64,000 nucleotides of DNA from Bugula neritina (Eukaryota > Animalia > Bryozoa): NCBI GenBank assembly GCA_964035545.1, contig OZ037766.1, forward strand, positions 7,616,722 through 7,680,721. The letters are read 5' to 3'. A program made the position numbers and the translations under genes. Of the stretch, positions 46,670 to 61,100 are shown piece after piece. The notes below the pieces were generated by a model that was not told the DNA's origin, ran no database searches, and was given only the letters and a program-made list of their open reading frames with translations. The number at the start of each line of letters is the position of its first letter. Position 1 is the stretch's first letter.

Positions 46670-49600
46670 ATGGATATGCCCAGACTGAGATCATCTATAA
46701 AGCAGCAGGTGCTGTCTACTGTCACTCCAAGAGTCAAGAAAAGACACTACAGTCAGGTTAGCTTGTTCTTAATTTTTCACAAAGTTTACGTCATCTCTCT
46801 TTGCAGAAATAGGCAGACAATGAGATTACTTTTCTCTCTGTTGTTCACAAGATAATTGTTGGTATATTTTTTTAGAAAATTAGCAACTAAGAATCACCTT
46901 GCATTTTATTAATCAATGTTTTTCACATGTAGCATAGAGACTAAATTGTATATGTTCTCACTTTTGATGGCTGCAAAATCAAATGCAATTATGTATCTGG
47001 TATTTAATTTTTCGATCAGTGACAACAGGAGGATATGTTCAGTTTTACTTTTCAGGTGGAGGTGGAGGCCATAATAGAAATGGTGGCGGCTCAAGCTATT
47101 GATTTGACTCTCAAGAGCAGAATGCCATCTCTGGCTACAGCTGATCCCCGAAGTAGGGCCAGCAGTTTCCTGGATATTCAAGAGCAAGAGGAAAATGAAG
47201 ATGCCGCTGACGTTACGTTGACTGAAGTTGATGTAAGCTATTTTTGAAAGACACTGCTTTTATAAAGACATTTTTCTCAATCAGTTAAATGCTAACATGT
47301 GAAATACATACATATATACCAACTACCCAGCATCCCCCTCCTGCTAATTTTTTTAATTACATCAAAACAGTAACTACAAATGCAAAAGATGAACTCTTTT
47401 AGCCTGCTATACTTTTTAATTTTTAAAAATTTCTGATTTTGTTAATAACAATGTTGAGAATTTCTAGAACAGCTTTTCAGATGTAATGCTGTGGCACATA
47501 TTTTGGTAATAATGCTCTCAATGCGATGTTTTATTGCTATTTTCATGTAGAAAGATTCTATTGCTCGGGCATTGGGAGATAACATTGCCATTTGGCAGAA
47601 GATGGACATATATGAGGTGCCTCAATACTTGGGCGAGAGAAGTTGTCCTGTTTTTATGGAATCCATGATCTGGCTGGATGAGATACTGGCTACAGCTAAA
47701 TCAGCCTTCGAAACGTAAAATTTATCTCCCTGAAATTTCCATTCTTTCTGTTCTTCGCTTTGAAACATTTGACAGTCAAAACTGAAATTATTTTCTGTTT
47801 CGTTGAGATGAAATGTCAAGTAGTATAGGGTTTCGTGAATTTGAATATTGTGTTTACAAGTATTTAGCCTTCAATGGGGGTATGAATATAAGACACAATG
47901 AAGTTATACCTTGATATATGCTAATAGGCCTATGTCACTTTGTTTAATGTTCATTTTTGCTTGCTAAATTATTACAAATTTATTTAATCATTTATCTATT
48001 ATTGTCACATATGTTAATTTTTTTTATTGCTTTTGTTTACAGTTTTAGCACCTAACTGCAATTAGAATGGTTTGGGACTCTAAAATTATATATGATAAAA
48101 TTAGTCATTTGTTCAACCTATTCAAGTACCTGGGTTGAATTAAAATTCCATTCTAGTATTATACCATTCATAAGTAGCAACTATCGTTATTTTTGTAGAT
48201 CTGAAATAGTTTCTTTGCCAAAAACCCCAGCTGCTAAGAAAAGAAGACTACCAATAAAGAGAAAAAGCTCAGTTGACCAAAGTGCATCTCCAATTATCAA
48301 GCCAAAGTAAGACTAGCTTTTTTTTCAGGGTGCATGTATCTTCCAGCATGGTAACTTTTTCTGTTAATGCAAATTATTTTCATGACTTAGTTTTAACTGT
48401 GATTTTGCCAAGAATTAAACTGAGTGGTTAATATTTTGCCTTATAAGCTCGTAGTCTGCTATGATTAAGGTAATGCTTTGTTAGTAACCTCTTGTTTCTT
48501 ACCATGCTTTTTCAGGCGGTCCAAGCGAGCTGCATCTGTCAAGGCACAGTCTAAAATGACGCAGGCATTTGCGCCGCGAGTAACCAGAAAGACCAGCAGA
48601 CTGGCGTCAATAGCTTGTCAGGAGTCAGCCTCTCCTGCTGTTGCTGCCAGCACTCCCAATACTCTCACTAAAGCGTCTGCGGCATCAGAATTCAACAGGC
48701 TGCCTCGAGTCAGAGACAAAGTTGAAGCATTCGAAAAGATTATTGGTATAGGCTTTTTTATTTAGCTTTTTATTCAGTATAGTTGTTGAGTGTTTAAGGT
48801 TAAAAAATGCTGTGTTTTGCTTAAACTAGCGTATGTATGTTTTGGGATGATTATGGCAGCAAAACTTATGTAATCTCTTTAGGTAACAGCAATGTTGAAT
48901 ATGTAATATTTGATACAAAGAATGCAACGGGTAATAGAGCTAACATATACGCTTCTAGTGGCTGCTTCTGTCTTCAACTGTATGGACAATAGTTTTTTGA
49001 TCCTAGAAATTATTTGGAAAACTGCGAGCAAATATTTTTTGCTTTCAATAATCTGTTCTAAAATTCTGGCTCTAAAATGTATGAAACTCTTTATAATCCA
49101 TGTTTCTTTGAAGATGCAAACACTCCAGGAAAAGTTAACTTTTCTACTGCTGAAGTAACTGAGATTGAAGAAGATACTATGTGTCTGACACCTGTAGTCA
49201 AATCACGTGTTGCGTGTCCACTGTCTTTTGAGGATGCTGAAATGGACATAACTCTTGAACCCTCAGCTAAGAAGTCCCTTAGAGAAACGAAGGCTCCTAA
49301 AGCAAATGGCTCTGTAGAAGTTATATCTACAAAATCCTCAGGTGACACTTCAGCTAAAAAGGTTTCTGCAATGGACTCAGAAGTTAACAAAGTTTCATCT
49401 ACAGAATCTTCAATCACGAGAGTTGCTTGCGAAGAAGTTGAGACCCGAGATTCAGTTTCATCTGCCATACCAGCTGCAGAGAGCTTGAACTTACATTCAG
49501 ACACGGAGACAGAAGTCACTGGAGAGACTGGGGCAGGAGAAGTCGCTGAGACTGATGTGGCTCTTCATAGACAAGTTGATTTGTCTGATACGAGAGAAAA

Positions 49601-52600
49601 TTTGGATATTGAAGCAGAAAAACCTACTTCTGGTACAAAATCTGTGATAGGCAAAACATCTGCTACCACAGTGAAGGCAGATAAGCCCACATCTGCTACC
49701 ACAGTGGAGGCAGATAAACCCACATCTGCTACCACAGTGGAGGCAGATAAGCCCACATCTGCCACAGCATTGGAGGCAGATAAGCCCACATCTGCTACCA
49801 CAATGGAGACAGATAAGCCCACATCTGCCACAGCATTGGAGGCAGATAAGCCCACATCTGCTACCACAATGGAGACAGATAAGCCCACATCTGCCACAGC
49901 ATTGGAGGCAGATAAGCCCACATCTGCTACCACAATGGAGACAGGTACGCTGGCAGACGTTGTGATTGAGGCAGATGCGCCATCACCTAACGCAGCATCC
50001 GAGACAGAAACCTCGCCAAATAAACGAAGTACCAAATCTGACACAGTTGTGGTTCAAAAGCCAGCACTTGGTACTGGATCTAAAACGAAAAGGACTGCCT
50101 CTAAAGGAAAAGATGTAGTATGTAATGATAAATCTACAACTCATAAGCCCAATTCTGCTACAAGTAGTGACAAATCAAAATTAGTAACTGATGAAAAGAT
50201 GGAGCTTACTTGTGATAAATTGCAAACAGATGAAACATTGCACGACATATCACCAGAGGAAGACATTTCGGTATGTGAAATCAATGAACCTATAACCATG
50301 TTATAAACATATACGTTTTAATTTAATTCTTAAGTATTTATTTCTCTAATGCAATTGCAAACTTTTGTCTGTTTTGACATTTGGCTATTTTAAATTTTTA
50401 AGCGTTTTTAGTTGTGCATGAAGTAGGGTTTTAGTTCTAAGCTTATAACTTCATCAAAAGAATTTTATGAATATCAGTAATAAAATCTCTTTCTAATAAA
50501 CTTGAATGGTTTAATAGAGTGTTGCTGCTCCTCCCCCTGCCCAGCCAATGCGGATGACACGCTCAAAGATGAGGGCCCCTCCCCCTGAGCCCGCACCAGT
50601 GGTTCACCCGAAGAAGGCGCCACTCAGAGTAAAATCTCCTTCAAGAACCCGTGTGGCATCATCTGATAGAACTTCTAGGTTAGTAAATCTGCAATTAGTG
50701 CTGAGAATTCTTGTGTAGATGCTACAGTGCGTGATGGTGAGCTTCATTTACAATATTCTTTTAGTAAGAAAGAAACGTATGGATTTAAAATGAAACAGTC
50801 GGACACAGAGTCCAGCAAACTAGATCGATCAAGGACAACATCTGATTCAGGAGTATGTAAGGGCAGCAGTGTGACCAGACCGCTGACCAAAGCAGCATCA
50901 TCCAGCAGGTAAATTCTAGCATTACATGAAAATCAGGGATAGATATATGTCTTAATAACTGTAGCATTTTAATGATATTTTTCTCTATAATTACTCATTT
51001 GTGAAAAATACCACTTGAAAATTGGTGATTGGTGTTTTGAGAATCAACCTATGTGTGTGTGTGTAATATAGCTGTATATTTCACTTGCTGACTGGAATAT
51101 TTTATTGCCAGGATCAATTCGTCTGCTACAAAACCGCGATTGAACAATGCGCACTCAACCCCTGATATGAACCGGACTCAGTCGTTGGTAAGGACGATAT
51201 TGAATGTAGGGCGGACTACTCCTCAAAATACTCCTTCCTTGAATAAGACGATTGTGTCATTCATCAAAAGAGCTACACCACAGAAAACACTGTCCAAAGA
51301 GGTTTGTTGCCATCTAATAACTGTTACGCCCATAGATATTAAGTAGATAATTTGCTGTGTATTAGAAGGTTTGATACTGACAAGACTAAAATAGTGTTTT
51401 GTTTGTTTTAAACAGTATAGACAGGTCTAAATTAAAAAAATGTCATTAAATAGTTGAAAAGTTTGATTATCTTCTTACAAATTTTAGCCTTGTGTTCGTA
51501 TACTGGCAGTGCGATTTCACTAATCCAAAGCTCCTTCTAGTTTTATTTTTTTCAAATTTAATGTATGATTATGAGTGCTTGGATCTTTTGATGCAAAAAA
51601 TATTGCTTAAAAATTAGAGTTAGTTGATTTCAACATTGGTTAAGGAAAGTGGAGATTGTTATATTAGTATGGAGTGGCCGCTGAAGTGTGAGCCAGTTGG
51701 GATGTTCGGTCATTTCAGAAATAATTTATCTAACAACTTGCAGGAGCAGCTTGAAATAAAAGGAAAGAAGTTAAGAGAAAAGCAAGAGGCAGAGAAGCAG
51801 AGGCTGGAGGAAGCAGAACGGCACCGCCTTCAACAGATGGAGTTGAAGAAAAAGTAAGCATGCCATAATATATATAAAAATAAATATTATATATAAATAT
51901 ATATATATTTATTTATATTTATATATACGAGGGTGGTTCAAAAAGTAACGCCTGTTGTGTAAGATCAGAGAATTTTTATTTTCTGAATACTTAAACTATA
52001 TATCAAAATGATCAGCAACAACTTAGGAACACACTTTAGTTCTCAATATAGTCTCCTCCATTGTCCACAGCTGCTGTCCATCGTTTTATGAGAGCATGTG
52101 TTCCAGCCTCGTAAAAGGAGGATGGTTGTGAGCTTCTCAGCATGCATGCAGAAGATGAGACATGCATCTTCTGCATGCTTGTAAACAGCATGTAAAGGTT
52201 GTAAACTGAAAGTAGACTACTTTTCTATATGAAAGTGTTGTTTCAAGAGAGCGGATGGAAAAGATGAAGAAAGTGCAAGAGGCAAGGCAAGCAAAAATTA
52301 AAGCTCTGGCTGATAAACACCAGGAGTTGGAGAAGAAATCACAGCAGAAGGCTGAAAGCTCTAGTCATGCGCAAGAGAGAAAAATTCGTGAAGAGAAAGA
52401 GCGAGCCTTTTTACGGTGATTATTGTAAAGCTGCGATGGTTGTCTACACAGATCAGTATACAGCAGTATTACAGCATAGAGTAATTTAATAAATTGGTGG
52501 CTGGATGGTTGCGCATTTAATAGCACAAATGAAGCTTTATTAGGGAATAACAATGTAACAGTTTTAATATAATGTCCATCTTGCTGCTGTTTATAATGAC

Positions 52601-54760
52601 ATTTGATCAATAATTTTTTTCCTATTCCGAATAGTCTCGTGATAAGGCTTAGAATCTTTCATAACTATTTAAGATTATTGCTTTTTCTGTTGTTTTTCAC
52701 GTCTAACTTTCAATAGATAATGATTATATGCTAGTCTAAGTTTATTTCATGTTGTATATTTGTTCAGACAAGAAGGTTGACTATAATTACTGTGACAATT
52801 GTAGGTGTTTTATTAACCATATTCACTGGCATTTCTCTTGCAACTAAAATTTAAATATATAGTAGAGTTTCAGCCGACAAATGTACTTAGCTTGATTTTC
52901 AAAGGTACAACATTTGTTTGAAGGTACGTCACACTAATAGTTTGTATTGCAGGGAACAGAAGTTGCATGAAGCTGAAGAAAGACGGAAAAAAGATGAACA
53001 AATGCGATTGAAAAAGTTGAAGGCTAGTGATGCTGAGCAGAAACGTCAGGCTGAGGCTATGGCTAGGAAGAAAGAGTATAGTGAGGCTGAAAGACAGCGC
53101 AAGGTTGGTTCTGATTTCATAATATACTGGTTGAGTGAAACATGCTGTGGTGTGTGACAAACTTGTGCATGTATTCAAATGTATTAACATGGGTGACCAC
53201 ATTAACTTGATCCAACCTGTAGAGTTGCTAGAATACTTATGATGTAATTACAGATACAAGAAGCTGAGCGTCACAAGATTATAGAGGCAGCTAAACAGGA
53301 AACTCTTAGGAAAATGGAAATGGATAGATTGAATCAAGGAAAGTTTAAACAAGCCACAGCTGGCACACCTTCAGCTTCAACCTCTAAGCCTAAGGTAGTA
53401 AAAGCTCATTCTAATTTATGCATTGACTATTATGTAATTCAGATATTTGGTAGTTTTTACTGCTTGCGTAACAGCAGCATATAAATCTTAAATGCCAAGT
53501 TGTGGTCCACGAAGCAACTTAGGCTATTCTTGGACTAAGTTACATGTTTGGCTGCAGTTTGATTTTTGGAAAATATTGCAGTTTTGAAAGTATTATTTTT
53601 GGGTAAATTTTAGTCTACAAAGCTTCTGCATCTTTCACATAGCTACTAGACTTTAGTAGATAAAATAGTGGTTTTTCCACGTTTGGTGTAAAAGCAAATT
53701 ATCATTTCATAGAAAAAAATGTAAAATTTTTATACTGCTAGACCTTGCAATAGAAGTAGATTTTGTTTCTTCAACTCAATACAAATTTTGATCACGCCAA
53801 CAGACTTTATGCAGTCCATGACATTTATGTGTGATGCTGTTGCATTTCAGACTAGCATCTATGAAGTGCTCAGCAATAAAGCAGCGGCTATGAGTGAACA
53901 GCGTAAAGCATTAATGACAACTCTTACTGAATCCAGTTCTAGCAAGAAAGCCGATGATAAACTCAATGTTACATTCACCAAGTAAGTTATATTCTTCAAT
54001 ACTTTATTAAATATCTAGAGTTGGAGTTTGTTTGAATTCAAATTATTTAGTAAGTGTCTAACACTGTAATTGCATTTTAATTTTATCACACTTTGCCATG
54101 TTCAATCATTTTATTATTTAGGCCTGAACGGCAAAATTTCATCGACATCAAGCTGACCCATGAAGATGATGAATTTGACGATCCAAAGTTTGCAAAATGT
54201 AAAAAACCTGCATGGGCAGAAGGTGAGCTAGTTGTGCACTGCTCCCAATGCAATCAGAATTTTTAACTTGATTCCTAATTGGGAATTTAAACCTGGCATT
54301 ACGGAGTACAGATTTGTAGTTTCATTCATTTTTTCACTTAGACCATTTCCTTCCCTGTAATGCACAAGTTTATAAACTTAGAATACCTGCACATTTGTGA
54401 TTGTAATACTTATAAATTTAATGAACATGCTGATAAGTTGTTATAAGCATTCTTACCACTTTCTGTTTGGTAAACCAAAAATTATAACTACAGTCTTTTT
54501 CCAGGGTTGTTTATAAATGGTTCCTATAATTTATTCCAGGGAGTCAGTTCAACACAGCAGTTATAAGCCAATACGAAGCCTTGAAGACAGGTCGTTTGCA
54601 ACCTAGCAATGTTTTCGGGAAATTTGCTTGTTGCATGCCTGACCTTACAAAAATGTTTCCTGTGCACAAACCTCGGTTCTTCCATCGCACCAGTTCGGCT
54701 AAATGGTCTAGTCCACCACTCAATAATGAACGCAGAGCATCCAAACGAGTGAAACGATGA
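46670..54760 (+). CDS. INCENP: Inner centromere protein (chromosomal passenger complex scaffold)
   Basis: N-terminal MIWLDEILATAKSAF...LPKTP motif, a long low-complexity region and an E/K/R-rich single-alpha-helix segment (51743-53394). C-terminal IN-box KKPAWAEG...PDLTKMF...RFFHRTSSAKWSSPP; stop TGA 54758-54760. About 16 coding exons. Confidence 0.92.
49656..49943 (+). repeat. 33-bp coding tandem repeat in INCENP (TSATTVEADKP), 8 full copies plus a partial one
   Basis: ACATCTGCTACCACAGTGGAGGCAGATAAGCCC units; later copies alternate as a 66-bp dimer. Confidence 0.95.
51926..52130 (-). mobile_element. Mariner transposon 3'-end relic in an INCENP intron
   Basis: TA plus CGAGGGTGGTTCAAAAAGT terminal repeat. 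Minus strand 52128-52036 encodes QPSSFYEAGTHALIKRWTAAVDNGGDYIEN*, matching the mariner transposase C-terminal FY..GI..L..RW...V...G.Y.E motif. Confidence 0.85.
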
Positions 54761-55199
54761 GTTTTTATTTTACAATGAAACTAAATGCACTTGATGATAA
54801 AATAATATGATATTGTTGATATGTTTTGTATATTTAAACTAATTACACATACTTCTCCTTGTCTAGAATATATAGCATGGATTATTCAGTGCTAACATTA
54901 AAATGTCATAAATGTTGATAAGTTCAGAGTTTTAATATTTTATGGTCTACAGTATGAGTGGCTTTTATTGTGTTATTATAGTCCATATTTTTATATAAAA
55001 AAGCACCATATATTGCGCACTTTACACCCATTATAATTCTGTACAATACAACGACTAATAAAATTACTACGTGTAAACATATAAACATGAAATATAAAAT
55101 GACTCTACCATCACCTTTAAAATGACTACAACAATATGTCTAACACAGGATACAAGTTCAACTAGAATGTAACGGAAACTTTTTTCTTGATCACTGGCT

Positions 55200-58100
55200 T
55201 TAAACTGGAATTAAGTTTGTTTCACCATCTTTTGTTATCAGTTGAACTAGACTACCATTGGTTGGTCTTTCACTGCCTGAAGTCCATTTGTGGAAGAGCC
55301 TAAAATGTGTATTTATATACTTATAGTAACTACATGGAGATAAATGAATAAAATAAAAATAGTAGTTCCATCAATTTATTGCGCTATACCAGGGGTGGGC
55401 AACTTCTTTTGGATGAGGGCCAAGTTCAGAAGTCGGCCAAACCTATACTGTGCTTATCAGAATGGATATAACAGTTTTTACTTATTTTAAGCATTAAAAA
55501 GGCCACTAAAAATGGGCAAAAGGCCGTCCTGGGGGCCTCAGTTGCCCACCCCTGCTCTATACCTTGCAAGCTATGAGTACATGCTACACTGCAAAGTAAG
55601 TTAAAATAGGAGTACTTGACACAGCACAAGTATATCATTAAATGCAATTTGTCTGTCATGAGCAGTATGACCAGCAGAGGTTATTAATGAATCTCTTGCT
55701 ATTTATCACTTTGTATCACCAGAAAGCTCGGTACCAACTGATTTCAACTATAAAAACATCCATCACGTAGAAAAATAAATTGTTCCAAAAAGTGCTAACA
55801 AGGCATCAATTAACCGTGAGTAATGTGTTTGGTAAGATATTTTCTCCTTCATGGATTTGATGGTCATATCTTTATGATATGGTAGTTTCAGCAAGCCCTT
55901 TAATGGTATGTTGCGTTGCAGAAAATATTTATGATTGATGTTGTTGGGTGTCAAATAGGATCAAGAGAATATCATTAGTGTATGATTTAAGGGCTATAAC
56001 GTAGGTGCAGAGGTAGAGTACCACATTAGTGTATCCATTACAGCCAAATATTAAAATAAATACAATACTTAAAATAGTAATTTGACATTGCAGCGGTTCC
56101 TTTTATAGTTCAGCTAATAAATACTATTGTAACATCAAAAATATAAACTATAGATAAAGCTGCTCCCATATTACCTTATTACCCTACATAATGTAGCCCA
56201 CATAATGTAGCCCACATAATTTTACATGGCATTGACACAGAATATGCCAGTCAAGAAACTAAATAGTGTACAGTTACTCACTCAGCCACAAACTCCAGAG
56301 GAGTCCAGACGGTGTGGTCTGCATCTGGCATCCATTTTCGGTTCATAGGGGTGCTCAGAGTCACACTGAAATCAGAACCAAAACAGGCTAGGCTGATATG
56401 AAATGAAACAAAGTCATGAAAAATAGTACCACTATTTTAATTACCATTTTAACAAACATCCATATGGAGTAACCATTAATTTTGTGTTAGAGTATCAGCG
56501 TGTCTTGCATCCACATAAAAAGATTTTTTTTTCAAAATCATCAAAAGTATAATTTGCACCAAAAGCTTGACAGAGTTCTATACTAAAAATTATTCACCTA
56601 TATACTGCAACAGCTAACCAAAAACTGTATACACTACGTAACGTCTAGTCTTGGGCGAAACAATTATACATAAAATATACATTTACTGCAGACTACATCC
56701 AACTGAACTGAAATTTCGTAACTGATGACACTTCAGTTGACCAGTCTTATTGGGCAACAACAAATATTTAGCCGATCAATCATTATACTACATTTAAGCT
56801 GCACGCATAATTTAAACAGAACACCAAGTCTTTCCAGACAAATCTATGATGACAACTACTCACGGCAATATTGCAGTAACTATGCTGTTTGCAGGCATTC
56901 CAGAATTTTCAGCAGCTAAGCTAGCTACCAGCTGATGAACAGCTGCCTTGGCCATGCCATAGCCTATCATACCTGCAACACACATGGCGGATCTATTTAC
57001 CCAGCAGACAATCTATTGACTGAGCACAGCAAGAGGTAAATTTGAACTAATGCTGGCCATGTTTGTTTATATTTATACAGTGACAACACTTGATGCTTTT
57101 GAAAAAGCTGGTTTATTCAGAGTTGTCCTTCTTTGAAAGAAGCAAATATCACATAAAGAGACAACTATAGGACTGTGCAGGGGGAAGGGGGTATTTGATT
57201 AACACAGTGAAAAATAGAAATATAGTATGTATGAAAAAATAGAAAAATGGAATTGAAATTTAACAAATTTACAACACGGTTTAGCCTGAAAGACTTAGTA
57301 AAGTAAAACATACCTGCAGTCCCCGAGAGAGCCGGCTGAGCACCAGAAAGAGCAAGTAGTCCGCCATCTTTAAGATACTTCGTAGCCAATTGAGCTGCCA
57401 GGGCTGAAGTCCACACACTCTGCTGCCACATGCTGTTGCAGCTCTTAATGAACTCTACATACAAACATGCTCACACCTCAAATAACAGTTTCCTTCAAAT
57501 TAAAAGGTTTATTGAAAACATGATTATCTACTCTGCAAAGTTCATCATTTGACCTCCAAAAACCTTCAGGTATTTAACTGATAGCAGTAAGTTGAGTTTG
57601 GGGAAATATTTTTTGTCGAGAAATGTTTGTTTTACCCAACACAAATTTTGATACCTTTAGAGGAGGCATTGCCGCCAGCCCACCCGCCAGCCACACAGAG
57701 GATAGCATCCAGCTTATCATTCTGTAGCTGATCACCAAGTTTCTCCAATTCTTCTTCTTGTCCAGCCCAAGAACTCTCAGCCAAAACAATGTTAAAGTCT
57801 GCCTGTTCGTTAGGTACACGGTCTATGCAGCCAACCCACTACAATTATAGTATCAAAAAATAGCAATTAAAATCAACTTTTTACTTATCAGAACTCATCT
57901 TAAATTGAATGGAATTGGATGACTGCTTAAGAAGCCATATAAGCAAAAGTTTCTGAAGCTTCACAGCATATAACTACTGCAGTAGACAAATCATATCTTG
58001 CATTAGTTGGCGCCAAAAGCACCCTTGTGAGTATACCTGCATTCAACAAATACCCCCATATTTAGAAACAGAATATTATTGGATGCAAAAATACATCCCA

Positions 58101-59734
58101 CCAGCTAAATTTTGCATTGAGTCACATATTTACAACATGAAAGACTTTTTGCTTGTGAAGTTTGACATCCCTTCACAAATGCCTGTACCTTTCTTTTACA
58201 AATAGAATGAAACAAAAGATAATGGCTAATGTTTCAGCAAATCAATGAATGAAGATTCTTTATTTGACAACCAAAAAGGAAGAAACCTCATACTAGTTAT
58301 TGAATGCATTTCAAACAAAAATAAACTGGTAGATTAAAGCGTTGTGTACAAAACTGCTAAACCTAATACTAAAATGTACAACAAATGCAGACTTGTATCA
58401 GCTTTTTAAAGTTTGCATAGGGTGCCTCCCTAAAATTTTTTGAAGTAACTTCAAATAAATTTGCAAAATTTGTTACAGCAACATTTGACAAGACGTACAA
58501 TATGCAAGTTATTAGGAAAACAAATACAATTACATCATGTATACAACTGAATTTGTTGTACACAGTGCTATATAACGTTTCTAAGTATATAAAATCAAAA
58601 TAAGTTATAAGGCTGTGGCAGGCAGTTACTGACATAAACATATGTAACAATATGAATATTTCAAGACGTGCACTTGTAGGTATATATTTATAATGAAGTG
58701 GAAATGATTCCCAACATGACCCAACAGCCACATCACTATCAGTCAGTCATATTTTGTGATGATGATCAAAATGTTAAAATAAATCAATATTGCATAACAG
58801 CTGTGCATTATTAGTATTAGTATTACTTATTATTAGTATTAGTAACAGTATAACTATAAATATAAGTATACTTATTCATATTGGCTATTACTATTATTAC
58901 TGATAATATTACTATTAGTATTAGACTTAGCTATAGTATTAGTATTACTAATAGTAATAGTAATACTATTATTACTAATACTTATAGTTATTGGCTATAA
59001 CTATAACTATAAGTATACTTATACAGTTATAGCCAATAACTATAAGTATACTTATACTAATACTAAATAAGTATTCAATTTTATAATAAATTAATTTTAA
59101 AATAAATAATTACATTTATTATTTAATTTTATAATAATGAATGAATAGCATTAATATTAAATTTAATTATAATTACTGTATAAGAACGAATAGAATTAAA
59201 TTATTTTTATTAAATACTAATTTCAACTTTAATTTGTAATTCAATTACTAATACTAATAGTAATAGTAATACTAATAGTAATACTAATAGTATTATTATT
59301 AGTTATTTAGTACTACATAGTAACTTTAAGTCTTTAAGTTTAATATTGAATTTTATGCAACACTAATTGAATAGTAATACTAATACTAATACTAATACTG
59401 TAATAGTGATACTAATACCAAGTCTAATAGTAATACTAATACTAATAGTAATACTAATAGTAATACTAATACTAATAGTAATACTAATACTAATAGTAAT
59501 ACTAATACTAATAGTAATACTAATAATAATGCAATAGTTATACTTATACTTATAGTAATACTTATAGTTATACTAATCAAGTAATAGACTTACTCTTAGA
59601 GTGATACTTAGTCTTATACAGTAATTTAGACAGTAATAGTTGATACGTACAAACTTCAAAGACTTGAAATGAGATACTAGCACAGATCCAAGTGCTCCTT
59701 TCCCTCCGTAAACTATAACTTTTTGAGCAGACAT
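55200..59734 (-). CDS. QDPR: Dihydropteridine reductase
   Basis: [81 protein letters not shown] and [18 protein letters not shown] (stop 55200-55202). Confidence 0.96.
55390..55554. mobile_element. hAT (Charlie-type) MITE, 165 bp, in the last QDPR intron
   Basis: Perfect 14-bp TIRs CAGGGGTGGGCAAC (55390-55403) and GTTGCCCACCCCTG (55541-55554); 8-bp TSD CGCTATAC/CTCTATAC with one mismatch. Confidence 0.9.
58800..59640. repeat. Degenerate hexamer-lattice tract in QDPR intron 1
   Basis: (ACTAATAGTAAT)n, AGTATAACTATA and GGCTATAACTAT. Confidence 0.85.
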
Positions 59735-60080
59735 TCTGATTCTGAACAAATCTTAAGCTGTTCTTAAAAATGTAGCGGTTTTGAATGAATGGACTTGGAG
59801 CGTAATAGTCAATAGCGCTTTTACGTGTACTTGCAGAATTGTTCTATGTGCAGCTCCTATTTGGGAATGCAGCAATTTGGGTTTTCGAGTTTAAAGTTGG
59901 GGGCTTCACTAAAATCTCAACTCCAAACTCAAGAACTTTAAATTACTGCAATCATTCACTCCCAACTATTTCGCACCGCTGCAAGTTAAAACTTTAGTAG
60001 CTAAACTTCCGTCATAACCGGTGTTCTCTCCCTCAGAGCTTGCAAACCTACCCTGAACTCTAAAGTTGAAATTATTTAAG
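59735..60080. promoter_or_regulatory. Probable bidirectional promoter, QDPR / MIC60-like gene
   Basis: CpG-richer island between two lattice tracts; CTTCCG (ETS-like) and TTACGT motifs; candidate + strand donor GTTAG near 60080. Confidence 0.45.
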
Positions 60081-60229
60081 TTAGACTTAGTATTATTAAA
60101 TGCTTTGCTTATAATACCTAATTACAGAGCGTCCTTTTAATTTTGCTAAACATGACATTATAACTATATTATATTGTGTGTTTAAATTAAACTAAGCCAC
60201 TAATGTTTTAGTTTAGTAAAACTAAAGCA

Positions 60230-61100
60230 AAATGAAAATGTAATCATAATGATAATGATAATCATAATGATTCAAATTCAGATTGCTAAACTCTAAGTCA
60301 ATAATGAATAACGTTAAGTTTAACTTCAAGTGATAAGTTTAACAGATATAAGAAAAATATCAATATAAATATGATTATCATTAAGTAATAGTACTAGTAG
60401 TAATACTAATTAACATCAATAACTAATAGTAATACTAATACTAATAGTAATAGTAATACTAATAGTGAGTAATACTTATACTATCGTCTATCAGTATCAC
60501 TATCAGTACGAGTATAACTATAAATATTAAATAAGCATATACTGTACCATAGCACTGAGTGATAACCATTACCACATGACTTTGGCTATCACTATGAGCA
60601 TGGCTATGCTAATACTAATAGCAATACTATTAGACTTAGTAATAGTAATACTAACACAGTATCATTGAGTATGAGTATCAGTCTGAATATGGCTATCACT
60701 ATGAGTATGAGCTTACTCTATGACATTAACTAGTAGTAGTAGTACTAGTAGTATTAGTATAAGTAGAGTCATAGTGATAGTCTAACATTAACAGTAATTA
60801 AATCACTGTATAAATCTAAATGATAGTGAGGGTGATATACATAAATCATAAAGGGTAATGATAATCATATTGATGGTCATAACAAGGTCCATGAAGTTAT
60901 CATTCAACTTGCAAGCTCATGAAATTAAAGTTTACAGCATGAATTAAATTTAATGTTATATCCTAAGTTGACACAAAAATACTAATATAATTATTCAGTA
61001 TAAATATCAATAGTAAAACTATTACCAAGTAGTAGTAGTAGTAGTCATACTTTATACAGTGTATCTTTATAGTTGATAGTATCACTATTAGTAATGAAAA
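60230..61100. repeat. Degenerate hexamer-lattice tract in the predicted first intron of the MIC60-like gene
   Basis: AGTATCACTATCAGT, GCTATCACTATGAGTATGAGC and ACTAATAGTAAT. Confidence 0.8.

Noticed and set aside
49091-50044. Minus-strand ORFs overlapping the INCENP large exon
   Set aside because: Antisense shadows of a repetitive coding exon.
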